In this document: piece by piece, positions 18,258 through 26,525 of the stretch
Layout: every line of letters begins with the position of its first letter
How positions within the stretch are numbered: position 1 is the first letter of the stretch
Notes under the pieces: generated by a model
What the model was told of the DNA's origin: nothing
What the model saw: only the letters and a program-made list of their open reading frames with translations
Database searches by the model: none
From: an uncultured Bacilli bacterium
Lineage (GTDB): Bacteria > Bacillota_I > Bacilli_A > RF39 > UBA660
Assembly: GCA_947627675.1 (NCBI GenBank)
Contig: CANQWY010000010.1
Location: 655-32,654, forward strand
Reading direction: 5' to 3'
Length of the DNA: 32,000 nucleotides
Program-made: the position numbers and the translations under genes

Positions 18258-18650
18258 TTAATATTGCCAAACGCCATTAAATTTTGCTGTCGTTGGCAAT
18301 GATTTATTAGATTTCAATTCCAGTCTATATGCACCAGCATTTTGATTAGAAGCTCCCCAACTGGCATATGAATAAGGAACTTCAATCCAAGAAGAATACC
18401 CAACCGGATCATAATAAGAATAAGTTCTAGCAAGAATAACTCTTCCATCTCCAGTTAAACTATCTGTACAACTAATTTTTTTAATTTGTTGAGGTCCAAA
18501 AGTTTCTTTTTCTTTTTGACCAGAATTCCATATTCCACTAAATACAGGAATGGTTATATTATCAATATTATATTGCTTAGCATTTACACCAAGAGTTGAC
18601 AACATCAAGGCAAATATAAATAATGCAACTGTATATTTTAAATATTTCAT
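18258..18650 (-). CDS. Small secreted protein of unknown function (Sec signal peptide, aromatic/beta-rich mature ~106 aa)
   Basis: The N-terminus MKYLKYTVALFIFALMLSTLGVNA-KQ fits an AxA-type cleavage site. The SD is strong (AAGGGAGG). It is the first gene of the ABC operon. Confidence 0.8.
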   Translation of the reverse strand: MKYLKYTVALFIFALMLSTLGVNAKQYNIDNITIPVFSGIWNSGQKEKETFGPQQIKKISCTDSLTGDGRVILARTYSYYDPVGYSSWIEVPYSYASWGASNQNAGAYRLELKSNKSLPTTAKFNGVWQY

Positions 18651-18686
18651 ACAATTATCCTCCCTTATATCACTCTATCTAAAATT

Positions 18687-18715
18687 ATTCTATACCTTTT
18701 ATTTATATATATCAA
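18687..18715 (-). promoter_or_regulatory. Sigma-A-type promoter of the cassette: TTGATA-17 nt-TAGAAT
   Basis: Minus strand TTGATA (18715-18710), a 17-nt spacer, then TAGAAT (18692-18687). It lies about 37 nt upstream of the ATG at 18650. Confidence 0.45.
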
Positions 18716-18836
18716 GCAGTTAATGTTTAAGTTTCAATATTTTTCAAGACTAAATATAAAGTAATTAATAAATATTATCTTAAACTTGATTTCTCAACAG
18801 TTATATAAATTTTTTTTGGTGCTAAAAGTTTAATTA

Positions 18837-18910
18837 TTTTTTAAAACATATAGTCACCTATTTTTAATTATGATTAAAAAAAAGAAAAAGAACATACATT
18901 TTGTCGATAT
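18837..18910. repeat. Direct repeat copy B (orphan copy of the PBP leader, SD and start; reads ATG TTT TAA)
   Basis: 74 nt. It differs from copy A by A4 vs A5 after the start codon, one C/T substitution and one T indel. Confidence 0.9.
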
Positions 18911-18928
18911 GATCTTTGATAAATAATA

Positions 18929-19987
18929 TTACTTAATTATTAATCTTTTAATTTTTTCTTTTTTAATAGGTGATATTTCATTTATCTGTTTATTAATCCT
19001 TTCCAGTTGATTTCTTGTTTCTAAATAAAAATTTAAAATATCTTTATCTTTTTCTTCATTAAATTGCCGATTTATCATATTACATCTTTCATTTAATTCA
19101 CTTTTATCTAATAAATTTATACTTAATTTACTATCTATATCATAATTATTCTTATCACTTGGTGCTATATATAAAATGTCTTCATCTTCTTTTTTTAATT
19201 TAATATTAGGTTTTAATATTAAATTTTTATATTCATTTATACTTTTATTTGCATTAATTATATCTAAAAACAAATTATTAGTTGCATCATAACTAAAAAT
19301 ATATTTTTCATTTTGAGTTATGGCAATTAAATGATTAGTTTCTACACTATTTAGTTTTAGAAAATTATATAAATCTTTTTTATATATTGGCAAAACATTT
19401 AATTCCCATGTAAAATTACCAATATTATTTTGAATATCAATATATAATGATGTTTGATGCCTACATACTGCTTCTCCTGTTGAAATACGCGCACCCAATA
19501 AATATTCTAGTTCATATTTATTATTTTTTATCGCATATTCTTTAGTCAAATCATTATCATATTTAAATTTTTTATTATATGATAAAAATCCATTACTTAA
19601 CAATAATTGATAAAATATAGCAACATCTATACTATCAGTAATTTTCTGTTTTATAAAAAAAGATACTAACTTATTAAGATAATTATAATAATCCTCTTCT
19701 AATTTTTTATACATATCACTATCACATATTAAGTGTCTAACACCAGCATAAACTCTATCTTGTACTTCATCCCATATGTTTTTATACTTTTCTGAATTTA
19801 ATACATCTGATTGTAATAACTTAAATACAGGTGTTATTAGACAAATACTTAAATTAATATAAATTTTTTCTATATAATCTATAAAAAAGGAAAAAAATTT
19901 AAGATTTTCTTTTTTTATAATATCAATAATAATATATTCTGTATATTTTTTTTCAAACTCAACTAAATCTATATCAAAATCATCCAT
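18929..19987 (-). CDS. Hypothetical cytoplasmic protein; possible papain/transglutaminase-fold Cys-His-Asp enzyme
   Basis: 352-aa ORF with SD AAGGAGA. The spacing in ...TGEAVCRHQTS... followed by ...NHLIAITQNEKYIFSYDATN... resembles a Cys...His-x14-Asp core. This is inference only. Confidence 0.7.
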   Translation of the reverse strand: MDDFDIDLVEFEKKYTEYIIIDIIKKENLKFFSFFIDYIEKIYINLSICLITPVFKLLQSDVLNSEKYKNIWDEVQDRVYAGVRHLICDSDMYKKLEEDYYNYLNKLVSFFIKQKITDSIDVAIFYQLLLSNGFLSYNKKFKYDNDLTKEYAIKNNKYELEYLLGARISTGEAVCRHQTSLYIDIQNNIGNFTWELNVLPIYKKDLYNFLKLNSVETNHLIAITQNEKYIFSYDATNNLFLDIINANKSINEYKNLILKPNIKLKKEDEDILYIAPSDKNNYDIDSKLSINLLDKSELNERCNMINRQFNEEKDKDILNFYLETRNQLERINKQINEISPIKKEKIKRLIIK

Positions 19988-20029
19988 CTTATATTCTCCT
20001 TATATAATAAAAAAATTCTAAGAAACTCT

Positions 20030-20275
20030 CTAGAATTTTTCTATTTCAAGTTTTATATATTTATTATCTCTCAAAAAACTAGCTTCTTGTAATATTGTTC
20101 TTAATGAGTTTATTGTCTTTCCAGATTTTCCTATTACTCTTCCTATATCATCTTTATTTACTTTAACAATTATTTCTAAATAATCATCACTTACTTTTTT
20201 TTCTTCCACTACTATTTTTTCTTCATTTTTAACGATGGCTTTAACTAAAGTTTTTGTTAATTCTAATAAATCCAT
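20030..20275 (-). CDS. ylqC: KH-domain RNA-binding protein (YlqC family)
   Basis: GXXG motif in ...IGRVIGKSGKTINSLRTIL.... The ATG at 20275 lies 1 nt after the rpsP stop, and the track extension to 20308 overlaps rpsP. Confidence 0.8.
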   Translation of the reverse strand: MDLLELTKTLVKAIVKNEEKIVVEEKKVSDDYLEIIVKVNKDDIGRVIGKSGKTINSLRTILQEASFLRDNKYIKLEIEKF

Positions 20276-20276
20276 T

Positions 20277-20552
20277 TTAGTTTTCCTTTTTATTTTTTTG
20301 ATCAGCAAACTTTTTCATTATACCGGCTTTACTAAATAAACTTCTAACTGTATCAGTTGGTATTGCTCCTGTTTTTAGCCATTTTAGAGCAACTTCTTCA
20401 TTGATTTTAGTTTCAGTTGCATCACAAGGATAGTAATTTCCAATTTGCTCCAAATATTCTCCGTCTCTTCTTGCACGTGAATCTGTTGCAACTATTCTAT
20501 ATACTGGATGTCCTTTTGCACCCATTCTTGTTAATCTAATTTTTACTGCCAT
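20277..20552 (-). CDS. rpsP: 30S ribosomal protein S16
   Basis: [31 protein letters not shown]... is canonical S16. SD is GGAGGG. Confidence 0.97.
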   Translation of the reverse strand: MAVKIRLTRMGAKGHPVYRIVATDSRARRDGEYLEQIGNYYPCDATETKINEEVALKWLKTGAIPTDTVRSLFSKAGIMKKFADQKNKKEN

Positions 20553-20595
20553 AAAATTCCCTCCATTTCTTAATCTGCTAATATAATAACATAAT

Positions 20596-20631
20596 AAAAA
20601 GATACTGTCAACACATTTTTGTTGACAGTAT
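20596..20631 (-). terminator. Rho-independent terminator after galE
   Basis: A perfect 11-bp stem, atactgtcaac (20602-20612) with gttgacagtat (20621-20631), and an 8-nt loop. On the minus strand it is followed by CTTTTT. Confidence 0.75.
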
Positions 20632-20633
20632 TC

Positions 20634-21632
20634 TTATTTATTTTCATAATTCCAAGCATCTCTTACCATATCTTCAAGTGTTTTTTCTGATACAAAACCT
20701 AACTCTTTTTTGGCTTTATCTGTATTACTATAGCAAATTGCAATATCTCCATCTCTTCTTGGGGCTATTTTATATGGTACCTTTACATTATTAACTTTTT
20801 CAAAAGCATTTATAAGTTCTAAAACACTATAACCTTTTCCTGTTCCTAAATTATATACATAAAATCCTGTTTCTTCTTTATTTAATTTTTCTAAAGCCTT
20901 CACATGTCCCTTAGCAATATCTACTACATGAACATAATCTCTTACTCCAGTACCATCTTTAGTATTATAATCATCACCAAATACCGATAAATATTCTAAC
21001 TTTTTACTAGCAACTTTTACAATGTATGGCATAATATTGGCAGGAATACCATTAGGCTCTTCCCCAATTAATCCAGATTCATGACAACCAATAGGATTAA
21101 AGTATCTCAAAATACAAATATCATAACTATTATCAGAATTATATAAATCTTTTAATATTTGTTCAACAAATAATTTACTTGTACCATATGGATTAGTGGT
21201 TCCACCTATTTTAGAATCCTCGCTTATTGGTACTACATCAGGATTTCCATAAACTGTTGCGCTTGATGAAAAAACTAACTTTTTACAACTATATTCTTTC
21301 ATAACTTTTAATAAATTTAAGACTGTTGCAACATTATTTATATAATATTCTACAGGTTTTTTAACAGATTCCCCAACTGCTTTATAAGCAGCAAAATCTA
21401 TAACGCATTCTATCTTTTCCTTTTCGAATATATTTTTCAGTAAATTATAATCAAGCATATCTCCTTCATAAAAAGTTATTTTTTTACCTGTTATTTTTTC
21501 TAATTTTTCTAAAACATCTCTTTTGCTATTACTAAAATTATCAAGACCAATTACTTCATAATTATTATTTAATAATTCTATACATGTATGAGAACCTATA
21601 TATCCACAACACCCTGTAACTAATATTTTCAA
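20634..21632 (-). CDS. galE: UDP-glucose 4-epimerase
   Basis: VTGCCGYIGSH (Rossmann), NPYGTSK (YxxxK) and typical GalE length. The likely start is the TTG at 21632, 9 nt after GGAG. The track GTG at 21641 abuts the SD. Confidence 0.9.
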   Translation of the reverse strand: MKILVTGCCGYIGSHTCIELLNNNYEVIGLDNFSNSKRDVLEKLEKITGKKITFYEGDMLDYNLLKNIFEKEKIECVIDFAAYKAVGESVKKPVEYYINNVATVLNLLKVMKEYSCKKLVFSSSATVYGNPDVVPISEDSKIGGTTNPYGTSKLFVEQILKDLYNSDNSYDICILRYFNPIGCHESGLIGEEPNGIPANIMPYIVKVASKKLEYLSVFGDDYNTKDGTGVRDYVHVVDIAKGHVKALEKLNKEETGFYVYNLGTGKGYSVLELINAFEKVNNVKVPYKIAPRRDGDIAICYSNTDKAKKELGFVSEKTLEDMVRDAWNYENK

Positions 21633-21765
21633 AAAAATCACTCTCCTAATAAAATATTTATTAAAAATATTTTATCATTTATTTAATAGTTTTACTACTA
21701 ATAATTTCTTATAAAAAAATTAAATTTTATATTTATTAACATGTAATTTTTCAAAAATAAAAGAA

Positions 21766-22293
21766 TTATACAGATTTATCTTCTTCTATATAATTCTCAT
21801 CTACTAAAGAATCTATTTTTTCATCTACATCATCTATTATTTCATCCCAAGGATCTTCTTCTTCACTTGTTTCTATTTTTACTTTTTCATCTCCTACCAA
21901 TTCTATTCCTAGTTCTTTTTCGATTGTATATGCTATATCATTACCTTCAATTTCCACTTTAGTACAACTAGGTTGTTTTAAACTTCTAACTATTATTTCT
22001 TCATTTAGTACATCTCTATTATTTTTTATAGTAACTGTTTCGTTGTAAGTATCTGTTTGTTTAATAACATCAGTTTTAGTATCATTATCATAAGAATACC
22101 AAATATTAATATCATAGCTTCCTGTAATATTAACTTTTTCTCCTACTTTTTGACCACTAAATTTATGGTTAATTACCCAGCATCCTAAAATAGTTGAAGG
22201 TGTATTTTCAACTGTTTTTCTATTATTTGTAGTAAAGGTTTTTTTACCTTTTCCAAGAACCGTCTTAGTAACAATTTCACGATAACTTGCCAC
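21766..22293 (-). CDS. cotE: Spore coat morphogenetic protein CotE
   Basis: MASYREIVTKTV..GKGKK...PSTILGCWVINHKF....GEKV.I.G.YDINIWYSY.....TDV... closely parallels B. subtilis CotE as I recall it. It has an acidic C-terminal tail, a GTG start 7 nt after GGAGGG, and it follows ymcA as in Bacillus. Confidence 0.85.
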   Translation of the reverse strand: MASYREIVTKTVLGKGKKTFTTNNRKTVENTPSTILGCWVINHKFSGQKVGEKVNITGSYDINIWYSYDNDTKTDVIKQTDTYNETVTIKNNRDVLNEEIIVRSLKQPSCTKVEIEGNDIAYTIEKELGIELVGDEKVKIETSEEEDPWDEIIDDVDEKIDSLVDENYIEEDKSV

Positions 22294-22312
22294 TATAATC
22301 CCTCCTCTAATT

Positions 22313-22339
22313 TAGTCTATGCAACTAAATAAGAAAAGT
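22313..22339 (-). promoter_or_regulatory. Sigma-K-like sporulation promoter upstream of cotE: AC-16 nt-CATAGACTA
   Basis: Minus strand AC (22339-22338), a 16-nt spacer, then CATAGACTA (22321-22313). This matches the AC-16/17-CATANNNTA consensus. B. subtilis cotE is transcribed from mother-cell sigma-factor promoters. Confidence 0.35.
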
Positions 22340-22371
22340 ATCACAAAAATTATTTAATAATTAAAATTTGA

Positions 22372-22722
22372 TTAATTTATTACACTATTCGTAACTTTAT
22401 AAAAATAATCATTTAATTCTTCCCTTACTAAATCAAGCATTCTATTCACTTTTTCTAAATAAAAATTATATTCTAAATACACTTTATTACTATTTAATAT
22501 ATTTACTACTTCATCTAATTGCTCTTTAATTTTAGAATCATAATTACTTCTTATATACTTTTTTTGAAGTTCTTTTACTTTTTCTATTGTAGCCATTAAA
22601 TTATTATCTTTAGCAATTATTTTTTTTAAATTATCTACTTTTATATATTCATCTGTTGTTTTTATGTAATCTATAATTTTTTTTAAACTTTCTTGTGACT
22701 CTTTATTTAAATAACTTACCAT
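22372..22722 (-). CDS. ymcA: YlbF/YmcA-family regulatory protein (RicA-like)
   Basis: 116-aa helical protein between miaB and cotE, the B. subtilis ymcB(miaB)-ymcA-cotE order. It overlaps the miaB end by 20 nt. Confidence 0.65.
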   Translation of the reverse strand: MVSYLNKESQESLKKIIDYIKTTDEYIKVDNLKKIIAKDNNLMATIEKVKELQKKYIRSNYDSKIKEQLDEVVNILNSNKVYLEYNFYLEKVNRMLDLVREELNDYFYKVTNSVIN

Positions 22723-24127
22723 CTAAACTCCATGTTTTAGCATCTGTTATAATAACATCTACTAAATCCCCTTCTTTTATATCGTTTGCTGTAAAATTTA
22801 CAAGCTTATTTGTTTTTGTATATCCGTAATAATAATCTTTCTTTTTAGCAGATTTTCCCTCTGTTAAAACTTCTACTTTTTCTCCTACTAGTTTTTTATT
22901 ATTTTCTAAAAAATATTTATTTACTAAATTATTTAATCTTTGTAAACGTTCTTCTTTTTCTTTTAAAGATACATTATCTTTTAGTTTAGCAGCTGGTGTA
23001 TTTTCTCTAGGAGAATATATAAACGTAAAAGCATTATCATATTTACAGTGTTTTACAACGTCTAATGTCTCATTAAAATCTTTCTCATCTTCTCCCGGAA
23101 ATCCTACAATGATATCAGTTGAAATTGCCACTTTTGGGATTTTCTTTTTCATTTTATCAAATAATTCAAGATAACTTTCTTTACTATATCTTCTACCCAT
23201 TAATTTTAATATTTTATTGCTACCTGATTGAAGTGGCAAATGAATACTTGGCATAATATTAGGATACTTGCTAATTAAGTCGATCATTTTATCAGAAAAA
23301 TCCCATGGATGGGAAGTTGTAAATCTAATTCTTGGAATATTAGTTTTACTAACATCTTCTAATAGTTCACCTAACCCATAATTTTCATATATATCTTTGC
23401 CATAAGCATTTACATTTTGTCCTAGTAAAGTTACTTCTTTATAACCATCTTTTACAAGATACTCTATTTCTTTTAAAATATCTTCTTTCTTTCTACTTCG
23501 TTCACCACCTCTGGTAAAAGGGACAATGCAATAAGTACAAAATTTATCACATCCATAAATAATATTTACATATGCCTTATAATTATTTTCTCTTCTAACT
23601 GGTATATCTTCTACCAAATCTCCTTCTTTTGAGTATACTTCTATTTCCTGAGAATTTTTAATTATAGCTTTATCGATTATATCAGGAAGACGATATAAGT
23701 TATGAGTTCCAAAAACGAAATTAACAAATTTATAATTTTTCATAATTTCATCAACTACGCCAACCTCTTGAGCCATACAACCACATAAACCAACAATCAA
23801 ATCTTTTTTTTCTTCTTTTAAATGTTTAAATCTTCCTAACATACCAAAAGCTTTATTATGAGCATTTTCTCTTATAGAACACGTATTAAGAAGAACTAGG
23901 TCACTATTAGTATAATCATCAGTCTCTTCAAAACCAATTTGTTCAAGCATTGCCCTTATATTTTCACTATCATGTTCATTCATTTGACAACCATAAGTTT
24001 TTAAAAAATACTTTTTTCCACTATATTTTCCTATATAATTTTTATCAATATTATAATCTATTCTTTTATAATTTTTATTTCTTTTTCTAGCTTCTTTATA
24101 ATCAGGTAAATTCATAAACTTCCACAT
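22703..24127 (-). CDS. miaB: tRNA-2-methylthio-N6-dimethylallyladenosine synthase (radical SAM methylthiotransferase)
   Basis: N-terminal ...YGCQMNEHDSE..., radical-SAM CDKFCTYCIVP (CxxxCxxC) and a C-terminal TRAM-like domain. The start could be 24127 or the ATG four codons downstream. Confidence 0.9.
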   Translation of the reverse strand: MWKFMNLPDYKEARKRNKNYKRIDYNIDKNYIGKYSGKKYFLKTYGCQMNEHDSENIRAMLEQIGFEETDDYTNSDLVLLNTCSIRENAHNKAFGMLGRFKHLKEEKKDLIVGLCGCMAQEVGVVDEIMKNYKFVNFVFGTHNLYRLPDIIDKAIIKNSQEIEVYSKEGDLVEDIPVRRENNYKAYVNIIYGCDKFCTYCIVPFTRGGERSRKKEDILKEIEYLVKDGYKEVTLLGQNVNAYGKDIYENYGLGELLEDVSKTNIPRIRFTTSHPWDFSDKMIDLISKYPNIMPSIHLPLQSGSNKILKLMGRRYSKESYLELFDKMKKKIPKVAISTDIIVGFPGEDEKDFNETLDVVKHCKYDNAFTFIYSPRENTPAAKLKDNVSLKEKEERLQRLNNLVNKYFLENNKKLVGEKVEVLTEGKSAKKKDYYYGYTKTNKLVNFTANDIKEGDLVDVIITDAKTWSLDGKLFK

Positions 24128-24192
24128 CCATTTCTTTTAGTATTATATAAATAAAAAGAAAAAAAGTAAATATTTACTCTTTTTCTGTAAAG

Positions 24193-24882
24193 CTAAGCAA
24201 CCATATAAGAATTAATTATTAATTCTAAATTACTTGATTTATTGGATAATAATTCTTGTTTGATTAATTCCATATTATTTATGATAGATTCTAGAAGTTC
24301 TTTCATTCTAGGAATTAATTTTTCTTTTTTCTCTAAATTATCTACTATTATTTCTAAATTATTAAGTTTAGAATATTTTCCATAGTAAGAATTTTTTATA
24401 TATGCTTTATATAATTTTCTAAATGATAATATATCTATATTATTAAATCTTTCGTCCTCTAAAATTTTAATACTTGTATAAATATAACTACTATTAATTG
24501 ATTTATCTAGTATAGTTTCATTATTATTATTTTTTATATTTGGCATAAAATTCTTATTTTTTATTAACTGATCAATTATTTTAGTAACTTTTATATTATT
24601 AATTGTAACTAAGTAATGGGCAAAAGTATTACCATCTAAATTTTGATTATTAACATTCCAATCTTTATTTTTCATATATTTTAATACTAAATTATATTCT
24701 CCTGCTTTTAGAAGTCTTGTTATAACATCATTTTGAGCATCATCTTTAGTATTAATATCCACTTTCTTTTTTGATAAAATCTTATCAACTACATCGTAAT
24801 AACCATCTTTTATAAGTTCAAAAATCAGGGATGGTTCATTACTACAAGCATTAATTGCTTGGTCTTCATTATAAAATATCAT
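24193..24882 (-). CDS. Hypothetical protein with probable ankyrin-like repeats
   Basis: 229 aa with SD AGAGGTG. Segments such as ...DINTKDDAQNDVITRLLKAGEYNLVLKYM...NNQNLDGNTFAHYLV... resemble ANK repeats. The motif match is weak. Confidence 0.6.
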   Translation of the reverse strand: MIFYNEDQAINACSNEPSLIFELIKDGYYDVVDKILSKKKVDINTKDDAQNDVITRLLKAGEYNLVLKYMKNKDWNVNNQNLDGNTFAHYLVTINNIKVTKIIDQLIKNKNFMPNIKNNNNETILDKSINSSYIYTSIKILEDERFNNIDILSFRKLYKAYIKNSYYGKYSKLNNLEIIVDNLEKKEKLIPRMKELLESIINNMELIKQELLSNKSSNLELIINSYMVA

Positions 24883-25028
24883 AAAACACCTCTTTTATAC
24901 GGGACAGTTATAAATTATACTATCAAAAAATAGTTTTGTCAAATTGAGACATTTAATACTATATTTTATTAAACTATTAATAGTATGAACACTTTATTAA
25001 AAATTATTTATAAAATTACCAAAAAATG

Positions 25029-25037
25029 TGGTATTAT
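25029..25037 (+). promoter_or_regulatory. Extended -10 element TGgTATTAT for the plus-strand three-gene operon
   Basis: tggtattat at 25029-25037, about 20 nt upstream of the ATG at 25058. The -35 is poor. Confidence 0.35.
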
Positions 25038-25057
25038 AAGTTCATGGGGGCAATTTT

Positions 25058-26509
25058 ATGAGTAAAAAAAGAGATATCATAATAAAATTAGTAAAAATAG
25101 AAAATAATATTGCAAAAATATATGAAAAATTAATTAATTTAGATATTAATGAAAAAAGTAATTCTAATGAATATAAAATAGCTATTAATTATTTGAATGA
25201 TTATGTAGCCTTAGAAAAGAAATATTTAAATGAAATTTATGAATTAGAATATGGAAATGATGGATATATTAAGGATATATGTTCATTAGTAATTGATTTA
25301 GAATATTCTTCTGGATGTCATGATATCTTTATAGAAGAAAATGATACTGATTCTTATTCAAACATTGATACTAGTGATCCTATAAATAAAGAAAATCTAA
25401 ATAGTATTCCTGATATTTATAATAAGATAAATGAATTAGAAAATCGAATTAAAGAAATTGAAAAAAAACTTTACAATTCACAAGATAACACCAACGATAT
25501 CAATAATGATATTGATAATAAACCTGATGATTCTAATAATGTTAATGAATATACTGAAAATAGTGATTTGGTAATTAATGATAATTATTTAATGCAAACG
25601 ATAGCCTTTATAGTTAGAGAATATGGAGAAGAATGTACTTTGGATCAAGAATCTTATCCTTTAACTAAAGATTCTGTATATAATAGTCTTATATATACAA
25701 AAATTATTCATGGATTGCAAATGATTGCTTGTGAAAAAAATATTATAAATATAATTGAAAATACTTTAAGTGATAAAATTTATGACTGTTATTACACATT
25801 ATTAAAAGAAAAAGCTTATCACATATATAAAAAAAATTATCCTAATTATGAAATTAATATGGATAATATAAACATTAGTGACAATTATGGTAATATAGAT
25901 AAAAGTGTATCTAAAATAAAAGAGAATATTTATAGAAATATTGTTAGTTGTTACTGTAATAAAGATATTTTATACTCAACAATTAACGAATTAGATAACG
26001 CTATTAAATTAAGAATGAATATTAAAATTATTACTTTTAATCTAATTTATCATAAATATAGAATAAGTTATATGATAAATTATAAACCTAATGATTATAA
26101 TTTTTATACCAAAAATTACTTATATCCTAATTATATTAATGATTTAGCAATTATAAATTCAGAATATATAGAAAATATAGATGCAAATTTTGGAGATATT
26201 ATAGAATTTATAAAAAATTTAATTGAAGAATATACTGATGAAAAATTAAATCTTTATTATGAGAAGAATATTAATGACGCTTATATAAATGCTATAGTTA
26301 ATATAATTTACAGTATTTGCATATTAAAAGCAAGATTTAATGTTAATGCAGATGAAAATATTAACAATTTCTATTTATATAGAATAAATGCTGAAATATT
26401 TAATAATGAAAAATATAAAGATACATTAGAAAAATCAACAATCGTAAAAAATGCAATTTCAGATATTTTTAAGGAAATCGAGCCCCAAAAAGAATATAAA
26501 AAAATTTAA
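25058..26509 (+). CDS. Hypothetical protein, paralog 1 of a KLVKIENxI-N-terminus family (with Asn/Asp-rich low-complexity insert)
   Basis: 483-aa ORF, N-terminus MSKKRDIIIKLVKIENNIAKIYEKL...EKKYLNEI, internal NSLIYTKIIHGL. No TM or signal peptide. Confidence 0.85.
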   Translation: MSKKRDIIIKLVKIENNIAKIYEKLINLDINEKSNSNEYKIAINYLNDYVALEKKYLNEIYELEYGNDGYIKDICSLVIDLEYSSGCHDIFIEENDTDSYSNIDTSDPINKENLNSIPDIYNKINELENRIKEIEKKLYNSQDNTNDINNDIDNKPDDSNNVNEYTENSDLVINDNYLMQTIAFIVREYGEECTLDQESYPLTKDSVYNSLIYTKIIHGLQMIACEKNIINIIENTLSDKIYDCYYTLLKEKAYHIYKKNYPNYEINMDNINISDNYGNIDKSVSKIKENIYRNIVSCYCNKDILYSTINELDNAIKLRMNIKIITFNLIYHKYRISYMINYKPNDYNFYTKNYLYPNYINDLAIINSEYIENIDANFGDIIEFIKNLIEEYTDEKLNLYYEKNINDAYINAIVNIIYSICILKARFNVNADENINNFYLYRINAEIFNNEKYKDTLEKSTIVKNAISDIFKEIEPQKEYKKI

Positions 26510-26525
26510 TTAGGAGTTATATATC

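Noticed and set aside
18258-18650. Calling the 130-aa secreted protein a lactococcin-972-family bacteriocin
   Set aside because: The operon layout is reminiscent. However, the mature sequence does not show the Lcn972-type motifs I remember, and it is longer than typical family members. I therefore left it as an unknown secreted protein.
15084-18910. Annotating the repeat-bounded cassette as a mobile element
   Set aside because: It has no integrase, transposase, recombinase or relaxase gene and no terminal inverted repeats. Only direct repeats are present. I report it as a finding rather than as a mobile_element feature.
21642-21765. AT-only palindromes (for example ataaaatattt...aaatattttat) as a cotE terminator
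   Set aside because: The stems consist solely of A-T pairs, which arise by chance in this composition. They are not convincing as intrinsic terminators.
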